A stretch of DNA of 63,202 nucleotides, counting the filler, from Octopus bimaculoides (taxonomy: Eukaryota): assembly GCF_001194135.2 (NCBI RefSeq). It is 5 parts of 4 records of this genome, joined end to end, with 100 filler letters (N's around TTAATTAATTAA, not from the genome) between each part and the next. Parts side by side here need not be neighbours in the genome. Positions count along the whole stretch, not along the records: positions 27,635 to 52,530 come from NC_069005.1; positions 52,631 to 61,119 come from NC_068990.1; 3 more parts are not named here. One strand, 5' to 3'. The stretch's first letter is position 1, and each line of letters begins with the position of its first letter. This document shows positions 40,101 through 52,824 of the stretch, one piece after another. The notes under the pieces were generated by a model. The model was not told the origin of the DNA and did no database searches. It was given only the letters and a program-made list of their open reading frames with translations. Made by a program: the position numbers and the translations under genes.

Positions 40101-41814
40101 AATAATAATAACAACAACGATAGTGATTTCTAATTTTGATGTGAAGCCAGCAGTTTCAGGGAAGCTTTTGGGGTTGATAAAATAAGTACCAGTTGAGCAT
40201 TGGCCCACGCTATGTCCTCTCTTTGCTTCATCTACCACTACTACAACAATCATTGCTCCACTGATCTGGTTGACTGTATGCAAACCTGTCCTCTACATAA
40301 CCCTTTTGACACCAACCCACCTGAGAACCCCTTTTTATGACAGTTTTAAAGTGAACTAAATTAAAACCAGTCATTGAAATTTCAAGTTAATTATGTTCCA
40401 AAACACCAGCTTCATAATGGTTTCAAATTTTGGCACAAGACCAGTAGTTTTGAGGGGGGGGGGCTAAGTTGATTAAATTGACCCCAGTGCTCAACTGTTA
40501 GTTATTTTATTGGATGAAAAGCAAAGTTGACCACAGTGGAATTTTTAATTCTCTGCCTGCTCACTGCCTTCCACCAGTTTAATAATAGCAGTTACTTTAC
40601 TTAATTCTTCACTGTTTTCAAAGTTGATTGAAACAAAGGTAATGAATTTCTGCAGGAATATCCTTGTCATATGATTTAGCTTCTGGATTTTCCCATGATC
40701 TTTTGTCTTAACCTTTTTGACACTAACCCACTAGGGACTGTCCCTGGGTCTTTGATACAAACTTTCTGTTTTAAAGGGATCTAAATAAAAACCTTCCATC
40801 AAAACTTCTTGTTAATTTATATTAATTTATGTTCCAAAAACACCAACTTAATAATAGCAGTTATTCTGCTAAATTCTTCATTGTCTTCAAAATAAATTGC
40901 AACAGAGGCAGAATATTGCAGTAGAATTATGACAAGAGAATGATTAAACTCATCTCTGCTAATGTGTCATGAGAAGGTGAAGCATTGTCAGCCAGAATCT
41001 CATTCTTTGCGATCAAAGATTCTGTGATTTGCTTGTAGCATGGCTTGAACTCTCAACTCCTGGTAGAGTTATATGGTTGCCATCAGGACATATGGTGTGG
41101 ACTGAGTATTTTGAAAAATGGTGGAACACATCCTTCACCATGTCTGACTACAACTGATTACTTTCAGTAAGAGAGGGAGAGAGAGAGAAGTGAGGCAGTG
41201 AGAGAGTGGGAGAGAGAGTGAGGGAGAAAGAGTGAGTGAAAGAGTAAGTGAAAAGGTGAGAGAGAGAGAGAAGAATGAACCCCAGTACTTGTAATTTATT
41301 GACCAAAAGGACGAAAGGCAAAGTTGATCTCAGTGGGATTTGAACTCAGAGAGCTAGAACAAACACTGAGATATTTTATCCAGTGCTCTGTTGACAGTGC
41401 CAACTTGTCCTGTCTTGTACATATTATAGTTTCATAATAAGACTAAATGTATTTGACAACATCTAATCTCAAATTACTGAACCTTATGAAGGAGATGACA
41501 GAGGACTGGGATATGTGGTATATTGCCGTGGTAGAGAATATCCATCCACTACAATAGAATTGAGATCCTAAAACCAAGGTGTCACACAAAAAAGCATTGG
41601 TGTGGGTGCTGGTACCATGTAAAAAGCACTGGTGATGGTACCACATAAAAAGCACCCAGTACACTCTGTAAAGTGATTGGCATTCAGAAGGGCATCCAGC
41701 TGTAGAAACCAAGCCAAAACAGATTATGGACCTTGGTGGGACCCCTAACCCACCAGTTCCTGTCAAACTGTACAACCGTGTGAGTGGATTTGGTAAACAG
41801 AAAATGAAAGAAGC

Positions 41815-41868
<54 letters not shown>

Positions 41869-43289
41869 CTGTAATTTTTGTAATGAAATTGATTTGTAAA
41901 CGATATTATGATGATGTCGGAGTCAGCAGTTGCGATGATAAAACTTTGTTGTCATAACGACATGTTGCAGGATGTGAAAGATGAACAATGCATGAAGTTT
42001 TAAGAAAGTATTTATTTACCGTTACATTACAATATCTTGCCTCGACGGGTAGGTTATGATAGATCCAAAAGCATGCAAAGTTTGTGTTTGTGTCCTCTTT
42101 ATTGTTTAGTAGTAATTAGAGATAGAGATGGAATGATGTTGTAAGAGAACAGAATTAGAGCTAGTGAAAGTTGTAGGGTGTGGGACATTGTCTCACAGTT
42201 GCTGACAGTTAACTTCATTTCTCCCTCTGGCTAAGGTTCTAGCTGGTCAGCCAGATTTCGTTCTCACTGAGTCGTCAACATGTAACTGGACTCATTGAGT
42301 TGTCACCAACTGGTGACTGAACTGGTTGAGTCGTCACAGACTGGTGACTAAACTAACATTTTGTTTGGGGTTTCCTTGCTTTTATAACTACCTATAATGA
42401 TAGACATATCATTGAAGACAATAGATTTAGTTGATGGTCTTGTTATCTCTATTCTAGCATTTGGTGAAGTAGAAGAGGTTAGAGAGGGTCAAGTGGTGAA
42501 GACATTATTTCGGAGGCCTAGCTAACGGCATCTGGAAAATGTAAAACTGCTGTCAGAGAAAAACCATTGTTCCACCGTGGGAAAAGTTCTGTTGCAGTGT
42601 TAATTTAAATTTGGCTATAGTGGATCGAATCCACTTCATGCATGCAAAATCCACTACATATATATTAATGTGTATATATTTGTGTGTATCTTTGTGTCTG
42701 TGTTTGTCTCCCGCCACCACTTCACAACTGGTGTTGCTGTGTTTACATCTCTGTAACTTAGTGGTTTGACAAAAGAGATTACTAGAATAAGTACTAGGCT
42801 TATAGAAACGGATGTGCATGGAAAACAGACATTAAATGTTGATGATCCTATATACTAAGCAAAAAGTCTTGTTGTCATCTATGCTCCTGGTCAGTTGGTG
42901 ACCTCTTGACCCTGTATAAATTTCTATAATCTAAGTTTTACTTATACACACTCACAGATAATGTGTTGAAGCAGCTGTTAAATGTAATAGATATTACTTG
43001 CAGACCAATGGTACAATAAAATGCTATGTTGAAGCTGACTATCAGGATTTGAACCTATGAAATGAATTACTAGCTCAGTGCATTATCATCTGTGCTATCC
43101 TTACAGACCTGATAATATCACACTAAATTGTATTAAGATAATAGTAATAAAAAGAAATTTAGGTACAAGGCACTAATTTTAAGGAGTTGGGGATTTGTTA
43201 CATGATTATAGATTTTATGATTTAAGTTTGTATGTTTTTGAAATAACTAAGGATTGAAGTTAAACAGGCATAGTTGTTTGATAAGAAAC

Positions 43290-43420
43290 TTGCTTCCTAA
43301 CCACATGGTTCTGGGTTCAGTTGCGCTGTGTGGCACCTTGGGCAAGTGCATTCTATGATAGTCTCTGTCTGACAAAAGCCTCTTGAGTGGATTTGGTAAG
43401 CAGAAACTGAAAGAAGCCTG
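43290..43420 (+). mobile_element. SINE family B 5' half abutting the Tc1 left end
   Basis: ttgcttcctaaccacatggttctgggttcag...gagtggatttggtaagcagaaactgaaagaagcc. Confidence 0.8.
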
Positions 43421-43439
43421 TCACACATGCACGCACGCA

Positions 43440-45036
43440 CACTAGCGAGCAAAAAAAAGAGAACGACTAATATTTTTTGAAATGTCAGGAAAGTTAGTGA
43501 ACGTACAAATTCATGATTGGTTTCGTAAACACAGTTAGCCATTAGCTAAATTCTCTGAAAAATCTAAGTTTGTACAATGGTCTTGATAAAAGTTAATAAC
43601 ACTAACACTAATTTCATCCAAATGTTTCAAGTGCAAAATAAGAGAACGATTAGATTCCTTCAAAGATTTCTGGAAATTTCAAACATTTTTTACATTTGTA
43701 GACTCAACATTACTACCATTTCAATATTGTGCTAGTTACTGAACATGGCACACCACGCTAAAGTTACTCCCAGCCTCCAAAAAGAAATTGTCAGGATGAA
43801 AGTTTCAGGAATGACTCTCTTGGCTATTTCATGAGACGTAAGGAGATCAAAGAATGTAGTTTCTTGTGTTCTTAAGCTCTATGAAGAAACTAAAGGTTTT
43901 GAACCAAAAAAAGGCAACTGGTAAACCACGCAAAATCACCATGTGAGATGACTGAGCCATGAAGGATCCTTTTGAGACTGTAGCTGGAATTTCTAAGAAA
44001 ATAAAAGTAGATAATGGTATGAAAGTGAGCTGCTTTACCATGTCTCATTGTCTGAAGGAATTTGGATTAAAGACTTGTTCCCCAGCAATGAAACCTACCA
44101 TCAGCAAGAAGAACAAATTGGAAAGACTTTCATTTGCAGAAACTCATGTGAAATGGAGGGATGAAAATTGGTCAAAAGTTCATTTTAGCGATGAAGGCAA
44201 ATTGAATTTAGTAGGTTCAGATGGTAGAGAGTATGTTAGGTGCTTCACAGGAGATTGGCTAAAATCCAAGTGCTTGAAGAAATCTGCCAGGTTTGGAGGA
44301 GGAAGTGTCATGGTGTGAGGAATGATTTTTTCTGAAGGAGTTGACCCTCTAGTACAGATTAAAGGGGCTGTTAATGCTAATATCTATTTTAATTTGGTTA
44401 AACAGCATGTGATCCCATCATTATGAACATTTCCAAATTAACTGTGCATTTTCATACAAAATAACGCCCCTTGTCATACTGCAAAGTGTGTCACTGGATT
44501 CTTTAGTGAACAAAATATCCAAGCAATGAAGAGGCCAGCACAAAGTACATACTTAAACCCAATTGGAAACCTTTGGAAAATACTTGGAGACAAAGTAACA
44601 CAAAGGGCACCAACTACTAGGACGAATTCATGGGAGATTTTAGAAGAGGAATGGATAAAAGAAACACCTGACTTGTACAGGAAACTTGTTATGTCCTGTG
44701 GCAATCGATGTGCAGAGGGGATCTCCAACAAAAGTCTATAAATATCATACTAACTGTATTAAGTTCATATTTACATTTCTTTCAATCATTATTATGGTTT
44801 TGACTTAATTGGAGCATTTTTTGGTTTGATCGCTCTCTCATTTTACACTTGAGACATTTGGACGAAATTAGTGTTAGTGCTATTAGCTTTTATTAAGACC
44901 ATTGTACAAATTAGATTTTCCAGAGAATTTAGCAAATGGTTAACCGTGTTTACCAAACCAATTACGAATTTGTACATTCACTAGCTTTTCCGACATTTAA
45001 AAAATATTAATCATTCTCTTTTTTTGCTCACTACTG
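43440..45036 (+). mobile_element. Full-length Tc1-family DNA transposon (DD34E), ~1.6 kb, IR/DR-type TIRs
   Basis: Inverted repeats of ~210 bp at 43440-43653 and 44826-45036 align along their length. The right end is followed by TA; the left TA is mutated. Contains a transposase pseudogene. Confidence 0.95.
43745..44753 (+). pseudogene. Tc1 transposase pseudogene
   Basis: MAHHAKVTPSLQKEIVRMK...GKPRKIT...WSKVHFSDEGKLNL...FGGGSVMV*G...FIQNNAPCH-(34 aa spacing)-LNPIGNLW. One frameshift in the A-run near 43905-43912, several in-frame stops; the second D reads N and the E reads G. Confidence 0.92.
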
Positions 45037-45064
45037 TATATATATATATATATATATATATCAA

Positions 45065-45397
45065 CACCCCTTTTGGTCATGAATGACCATGGGATTGCAC
45101 CTACAAAGTTCTCCTCCAAGGCACAAGTTCAGGCAAGGTTGTTTATGGAAGACCAGCAGTCACCCATGCATACCAGCCTCCCCTCTCCATGCCACTGATG
45201 TTATCCAAGGGAAAGGCAAAGGCTGATACAGCTTGGTACTAATGACATTCTAACTTGTTTCTACAGCTGAGTGAACTGGAGTAATGTAAAATTGAGTGTC
45301 TTGTTCAAGAACACAACACAGCCTGGTCTGGGAATCAAACTCACTACCTCATGATTGTGAGCCCGATGCTCTAACCACTGAGCTATGTGTCTTCAAT
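45065..45397 (-). mobile_element. SINE family C copy, reverse
   Basis: Reverse complement of 52232-52530 plus its 3' end (ggtcatgaatgaccatgggattgcacct). Confidence 0.85.
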
Positions 45398-46381
45398 ATG
45401 TGTGTGTGTGTGTGTGTCTTTGTGTCTGTGTTTGTCTCCCATCACCACTTGACAACAGGTGTTGGTGTGTTTATGACCCTGTAACTTAGTGGTAGAGTAA
45501 AAGTGAGAGATAGAAGTATCAGGTTTAAAGAAAAAAAAACAAACTAAGGCCAATTTGTTTGACTAAAAGTTCTTCAAGACGATGCCCCAGTTTGGCCACA
45601 GTCTCAGAGCTGAAACAAGAAAAAGATAGTTTCATGTACATTTGAGAGGATTAATAAAGCTTGGTCAGTTATTTTTAGTTGTGTTCATGCAACATTTTGC
45701 AAGAAACAAATTGATTCTTTGTAAGTGTTTCCTGATGCAGCATAGCAGCAAGCTTGCTTTTACAGTACTTGATTTTAAATGTGTATTTATTAAAAACAAG
45801 GTTTGTGTTTGGTAGGTGCAGGGGTGGCTGTATGGTAAGAACCTTGCTTCTCAACCACATGGTTCCAGGTTCAGTCCCACTGCACAGTACCTTGAGCAAG
45901 TATCTTCTGCTATATCCTCGAGCTGACCAAAGGCTTGTGAATGGATATGGATGATGGAAACTGAAAGAAACCCGCTGTGTATATACATATATTTTTATGT
46001 GTATGTGTGTGTGTCTTTGTGTCTGTTTGTCCCCCATCACTGCTTGACAACCAATATTAGTGTATTTACATCCTTGTAACTTAGTGGTTCAGCAAGAGAG
46101 ATTGATAGAATAAGTACTAGGCTTAACAAAAAAATAAGTCTTGGGGTCAATTTGTTTTAGTAAAATCCTTCAAGGTGGTACCCCAGCTTGGCCGCAGTCA
46201 AATGACTGAAACAGGTAAAAAGGTGTGGCTCTGTAGTAAGAAGCTTGCTTCCCAACCACATGGTTTCTGGGTTCAGTCCCACTGTGAAGCACCTTGGGCA
46301 AGTGTCTTCTACTACAGCCTCAGGCTGACCAAAGTCTTGTGAGTGGATTTGGTAGATGGAAACTGAAAGAAGCCTATCATG

Positions 46382-46415
<34 letters not shown>

Positions 46416-46806
46416 NNNNNNNNNNNNNNNNNNNNNNNNNNNNNNNNNNNNNNNNNNNNNNNNNNNNNNNNNNNNNNNNNNNNNNNNNNNNNNNNNNNNN
46501 NNNNNNNNNNNNNNNNNNNNNNNNNNNNNNNNNNNNNNNNNNNNNNNNNNNNNNNNNNNNNNNNNNNNNNNNNNNNNNNNNNNNNNNNNNNNNNNNNNNN
46601 NNNNNNNNNNNNNNNNNNNNNNNNNNNNNNNNNNNNNNNNNNNNNNNNNNNNNNNNNNNNNNNNNNNNNNNNNNNNNNNNNNNNNNNNNNNNNNNNNNNN
46701 NNNNNNNNNNNNNNNNNNNNNNNNNNNNNNNNNNNNNNNNNNNNNNNNNNNNNNNNNNNNNNNNNNNNNNNNNNNNNNNNNNNNNNNNNNNNNNNNNNNN
46801 NNNNNN

Positions 46807-46969
46807 AGCAGTCAAAGAACTACTGATTTCAAAACTACAAATTATTACTCTAGATTGATAGCGATATTTTTGATACACACAGAACAATTTGTTCTGTGTG
46901 TATCAAAAATATCGCTATCAATCTGGAGTAATAATTTGTAGTTTTGAAATCAGTAGTTCTTTGACTGCT
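46807..46969. repeat. Near-perfect palindrome, 81-bp arms centred on 46888
   Basis: 46807-46887 is the reverse complement of 46889-46969 with one mismatch (ctag vs ccag). Confidence 0.95.
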
Positions 46970-47788
46970 ATTTCTGAATTCTCAGTATGTTGGAGAAGCA
47001 GGTTACTGTCAATCCCTATATATTTATGATATATATATATATATATAGATGCAGGTATTGCTGTGTGGCAAGAAGTTTGCTTCCTGTTTCCCATCTACAT
47101 GTTTCTGCATGGTACCATGGGCAAGTGTCTCCTATATTCTCGAGCCAACCAAAGCCTTGTGAGAAGATTTAGTAGGCAGAAGACCCATCCACCACAACAG
47201 AATTGAGATCCTAAAACCAAGATACCACATAAAAGGTACCTAATACACTCTGTAAAGTGGTTGGTGTTACAAAGGGCACCCAGCCACAGAAACCAAGCTA
47301 AAACAGACTGTGGAACCCAGTTCGGCCCCTGGCCTTGCCAGTTTCTGTCAAGCTGTCCAACCCATGCCAGCATGGAAAATGGATGCTAAATGTTGATGTT
47401 GATTGATGTGTTTGTGTTTATCACCTCTACCACTGCTTGACAACTGGTGTTGGTGAGCTTGCATCCCTGTAACTTAGCAGTTCAGCAAAAGAGACCAATA
47501 GAATAAGTTCCGGGCTTAAAAACAGTACTGGGGTCAATTAATTCAACTAAAACCGTTTAAGGTGTTACCCCAGCATGGCCGTAGTGAAAAGATAAAAAGT
47601 ATATATGTATATAGGTGCAGGTATGGCTGTGTGGTAAGAAGCTTGCTTCCCAACCACATTGTTCCGGGTTCAGTCCCATTGCATGGCACCTTGTGCAAGT
47701 GTCTTCTGCTATAGCCTTGGGCTGACCAAAGCCTTAAGAGTGAATTTGGTAAACGGAAACTGAAAGAAGCCTATCTTGTATATGTATG

Positions 47789-47822
<34 letters not shown>

Positions 47823-48880
47823 TGTATGTATGTATATATATATATNNNNNNNNNNNNNNNNNNNNNNNNNNNNNNNNNNNNNNNNNNNNNNNNNNNNNNN
47901 NNNNNNNNNNNNNNNNNNNNNNNNNNNNNNNNNNNNNNNNNNNNNNNNNNNNNNNNNNNNNNNNNNNNNNNNNNNNNNNNNNNNNNNNNNNNNNNNNNNN
48001 NNNNNNNNNNNNNNNNNNNNNNNNNNNNNNNNNNNNNNNNNNNNNNNNNNNNNNNNNNNNNNNNNNNNNNNNNNNNNNNNNNNNNNNNNNNNNNNNNNNN
48101 NNNNNNNNNNNNNNNNNNNNNNNNNNNNNNNNNNNNNNNNNNNNNNNNNNNNNNNNNNNNNNNNNNNNNNNNNNNNNNNNNNNNNNNNNNNNNNNNNNNN
48201 NNNNNNNNNNNNNNNNNNNNNNNNNNNNNNNNNNNNNNNNNNNNNNNNNNNNNNNNNNNNNNNNNNNNNNNNNNNNNNNNNNNNNNNNNNNNNNNNNNNN
48301 NNNNNNNNNNNNNNNNNNNNNNNNNNNNNNNNNNNNNNNNNNNNNNNNNNNNNNNNNNNNNNNNNNNNNNNNNNNNNNNNNNNNNNNNNNNNNNNNNNNN
48401 NNNNNNNNNNNNNNNNNNNNNNNNNNNNNNNNNNNNNNNNNNNNNNNNNNNNNNNNNNNNNNNNNNNNNNNNNNNNNNNNNNNNNNNNNNNNNNNNNNNN
48501 NNNNNNNNNNNNNNNNNNNNNNNNNNNNNNNNNNNNNNNNNNNNNNNNNNNNNNNNNNNNNNNNNNNNNNNNNNNNNNNNNNNNNNNNNNNNNNNNNNNN
48601 NNNNNNNNNNNNNNNNNNNNNNNNNNNNNNNNNNNNNNNNNNNNNNNNNNNNNNNNNNNNNNNNNNNNNNNNNNNNNNNNNNNNNNNNNNNNNNNNNNNN
48701 NNNNNNNNNNNNNNNNNNNNNNNNNNNNNNNNNNNNNNNNNNNNNNNNNNNNNNNNNNNNNNNNNNNNNNNNNNNNNNNNNNNNNNNNNNNNNNNNNNNN
48801 NNNNNNNNNNNNNNNNNNNNNNNNNNNNNNNNNNNNNNNNNNNNNTATATATATATATATCATTCACACATGGTCGCATG

Positions 48881-49960
48881 TAAATAATATTCCTGAAGTC
48901 AACTTTTACTCACATGCAGCCAATCTAATGCTTTACTACTCATTCAGTTTTAGCTCAATCTTACTTTAGTTTTTTGCACTATGATTGACCAGTGGTAAGC
49001 TACATTTTGACATAAAATAATCGAAATTTGGTTCAGTAGAAAAAACATGATGATAAAAAATGTAAAGCCAAAAATGGGAGAGTAACACCTAATATTTACT
49101 CTGACTTGTAATTTCTCAGTTATTTTTTAAAAAAACTGTATTTTAATCATATCCTTTGAAAAGATCTCAATGAGTAGAATCTTCTGGTGAAGACCTCATT
49201 AAAAGATATTTGATAGAAAAAAAGTTATGTAGCTTTAAGTAGCCAAAAAATTGGTAAGTAACATCTAAAATTAACTTTGACTCAAAATATCTCATATATG
49301 TAAAAAGCAAACTCTACCTTAAGCATATTCTTTTAAAAGATCTTGATGAGTAGAATCTTCTGGTGAAGACCTTTTTAAAAGATATTAGATAGACAAAAGT
49401 TATGCAGCTTCAAGTGATTAAAAAAAAGCAATATCATTCGCACATGGCAGTGTTTGAATAATATTCTTGAGGACAACTTTTACTCACTCATGGCCAGTTT
49501 AACACTTTACCACTCATTCAGTTCTCGCTCAATCTTACTTTAGTTTATAGCTCTATGATTGACCAGTGGTAAACTACATTTGGTTCAGTAGAAAAAACGT
49601 GAAGATAAAAAATGTAGGGCCAAAAATGGGAGAGTAACACCTAATTTTTTACTTTGACTCGTAATTTCTCAGTTATTTAAAAGAATTATATTTTAATTAT
49701 ATTCTTTTAAAAGATCTTGATGAGTGGAATCTTCTGGTGAAGACCTCATTAAAAGATATTTGATAGAAAAAAAAAGTTATGTAGCTTTAAGTGGCCAAAA
49801 AATTGGTAAGTAACACCTAAAATTAACTTTTACTCAAAACATCTCAGCTCTTCGAAAAGCAAACTATACTTTATTTGTGTTCAAATGAAAGATCTCCACC
49901 AGATGTATCTTTTCTTGCTAACCCCATAAAAATATATCAAAGAGGAAAAAATGTTATGCA
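48881..49960 (+). repeat. Tandem duplication, ~574-bp period, with internal sub-repeats
   Basis: aataatattc..caacttttactc starts at 48883 and 49457. The aaaagatct..atgagt.gaatcttctggtgaagacct..aaaagatatt.gataga..aaagttatg module occurs three times plus one degenerate copy. Confidence 0.9.
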
Positions 49961-51839
49961 GCCTTCAATAATTGTCATTTGTAAATATCTGTCTTGCAAT
50001 TACAAAAGTATTTCAACAACAACTTGTCAGTTCAAGGCAAACAGAAAATCCCGTCTATAATTGTTTTGTTTTTTAGTCGACCTTCTTTCCTAATTCATTT
50101 TGATTCCTCACTGCTCATAATTAGTGCTTTATATATTTTATTATTGCTCTCTTTTTTAAAAAATTTATTTCTGATAAATATTAATTAACAAATTTATTCT
50201 NNNNNNNNNNNNNNNNNNNNNNNNNNNNNNNNNNNNNNNNNNNNNNNNNNNNNNNNNNNNNNNNNNNNNNNNNNNNNNNNNNNNNNNNNNNNNNNNNNNN
50301 NNNNNNNNNNNNNNNNNNNNNNNNNNNNNNNNNNNNNNNNNNNNNNNNNNNNNNNNNNNNNNNNNNNNNNNNNNNNNNNNNNNNNNNNNNNNNNNNNNNN
50401 NNNNNNNNNNNNNNNNNNNNNNNNNNNNNNNNNNNNNNNNNNNNNNNNNNNNNNNNNNNNNNNNNNNNNNNNNNNNNNNNNNNNNNNNNNNNNNNNNNNN
50501 NNNNNNNNNNNNNNNNNNNNNNNNNNNNNNNNNNNNNNNNNNNNNNNNNNNNNNNNNNNNNNNNNNNNNNNNNNNNNNNNNNNNNNNNNNNNNNNNNNNN
50601 NNNNNNNNAATAAACTTAGAAAAATACAGGACATGAAGAAAGCCTAAAATAAAATAAAAGAGCTTAAAATATTGCAGATAAAATAAAATTTGAATAGATT
50701 GCCAATTAAATAAAATATTCAAATAAGCCAAACCATTTAATACTGATCAACCATCTTTCACCCAAATTATTTTACTGTTGCTAAAAGTTATTTTAATTTA
50801 TGAAAATAAAGTGATAGTGCTTTGTAACATTGGTAGTTAAACTTTTTTATTTACTAAGATTTTTTACAAATGGAAAGAAAGTAGGTAAATAAATTAAATA
50901 TTTGACTAAAGTAAAATTTAAGCTTTTTTAAGTAATCAAATTTTTTCTTTGTTTTATTTTTGGCAAAATTATTTTACTTTACTTTTAAAATATTAATTTT
51001 TAGTTAGTTGACTGTCAGTTCATTTTACTGTTAGGTAAATCTAAGTTTCCCTCGAATAAATGCAGATGTCATAGAGCTAATCATAATGAAAGAAAATAAA
51101 GATCATCTTTATAACAACATTGTATTGATAAGAAATAAACAAAAATGAATCTCCACTTCCACAAGCAAAGTTGCTAGTTCTAAAATCTCTGTAAGAGATG
51201 TGAGTAGTAACTCTACTGAAAAGTAATGGTTGTTACCACCCCAACATGGTTGTTCTGCATAGAACAATATTACTACTCTTTTTTTACCCCAGGAGGACAC
51301 TTTCTCCAGTTGGTTAAACAACACAATATCTGTGTTCAGTATATTGCAAATAAGGGAGTTTGTTGTTTATAGTTTCAGCTTAGAGCTGCGGCCATGCTGA
51401 TGCACCGCCGTGAGTGAACAATTTTTTTCCTCTTAATCCTTTCCCTTGAAGAGCAAGGGCTTGGAATGTAAAAGACTTTTCCATTTTTCCCAAGCATTAA
51501 ACTAATACACTTGCTTGTTGTTNNNNNNNNNNGTTTACGTCCCCGTAACTTAGCGGTTCGGCAAAAGAGACTGATAGAATAAGTACTAGGCTTACAAAGA
51601 ATAAGTCCTGGGGTCGATTTGCTCGACTAAAAGGTGGTGCTCCAGCATGGCTGCAGTCAAATGACTGAAACAAGTAAAAGAGTAAAAGAGATGTGTGTAA
51701 GAGTTTTCATCTGATGACAGCAATGACAAAATTCAAGCCCCCAAAACAAATTAAAACAATTTTTAAAAAATAGACAATACTCATCATCACATTAAATACC
51801 TCCTCATTTGTTAACAAAACTAACATTTGTGCATATTCT

Positions 51840-52215
51840 TTTGTTTGTTTACTTGTTTCAGTCTTTTGACTGCAGCCATGCTGGAGCACTGCCTTGAAGG
51901 GTTTTAGTCAAGAAAGACTACCCGAGGACTTATTGTTTTAAGCTTAGTACTTATTCTATTCATGCCTTTTACCAAACTGCTGAGTTACGGGGACATAAAC
52001 ACACCAACACCAGTTGTCAAGTGATGATAGGGGGACAAACACAGAAACAAAGACACACACACACACAAATAAATATATATATACATATTTATATGACGGG
52101 CTTCTTTCAGATTCTGTCTACCAAATGCACTCACAAGGCTTTGGTCAGTATAGAAGAAGACACTTACCCAAGGTGTTACACAGTGGAACTGAACCCAGAA
52201 CCATGTGGTTTGTAA
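51840..52215 (-). mobile_element. SINE family B copy, reverse, CpG-decayed
   Basis: gtttcagtcttttgactgcagccatgctggagcactgcc...ccaaatgcactcacaaggctttggtc... Confidence 0.8.
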
Positions 52216-52231
52216 GCCATGTCTGTGAAGG

Positions 52232-52530
52232 TACATGGCTCAGTGGTTAGAGTGTCGAGCTTACGATTGTAAGGTTGTGAGTTCAAATCCTGGACCGGGC
52301 TGCATGTTGTGTTCTTGAGCAAGACACTTTATTTCACATTGCTTCAGTTCACTCAGCTGTAGAAATGAGTTGTGACATCACAGGTGCCAAGCTGTATTGG
52401 CCTTTGCCCTTCCCTTGGATAACACTGGTGGCGTGGAGAGGGGAGGCCAGTATGCATGGGCGACTGCTGGTCTTCCATAAACAACCTTGCCCAGACTTGT
52501 GCCTGGGAGGGTAACTTTCTAGGTGCAATC
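52232..52530 (+). mobile_element. SINE family C copy truncated by the spacer
   Basis: tRNA-like head (catggctcagtggttagag...gagttcaaatcctgg), then gttgtgttcttgagcaagacactttatttcac; cut at 52530. Confidence 0.85.
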
Positions 52531-52630
52531 NNNNNNNNNNNNNNNNNNNNNNNNNNNNNNNNNNNNNNNNNNNNTTAATTAATTAANNNNNNNNNNNNNN
52601 NNNNNNNNNNNNNNNNNNNNNNNNNNNNNN
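52531..52630. other. Artificial assembly spacer (44N-TTAATTAATTAA-44N)
   Basis: Motif at 52575-52586. Confidence 0.95.
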
Positions 52631-52824
52631 TTTATATATGACGTTGACCACTAACGTGGACATTTAATGTGCTAGAAATAGATCACATCTTGTGTCTAAA
52701 AAGACCTAAATTGTTCTCAACATGAAATATAGCGTTATACCAAAACGTAAGCGGGCAAGACATTTAAAATCACCGAAAAGGAACATTACTAAACAGGTAC
52801 CGGTTTCAAATTCAACAATCTTAC

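Noticed and set aside
51109-51330. Several possible small exons on either strand
   Set aside because: Competing weak splice sites and no consistent frame.
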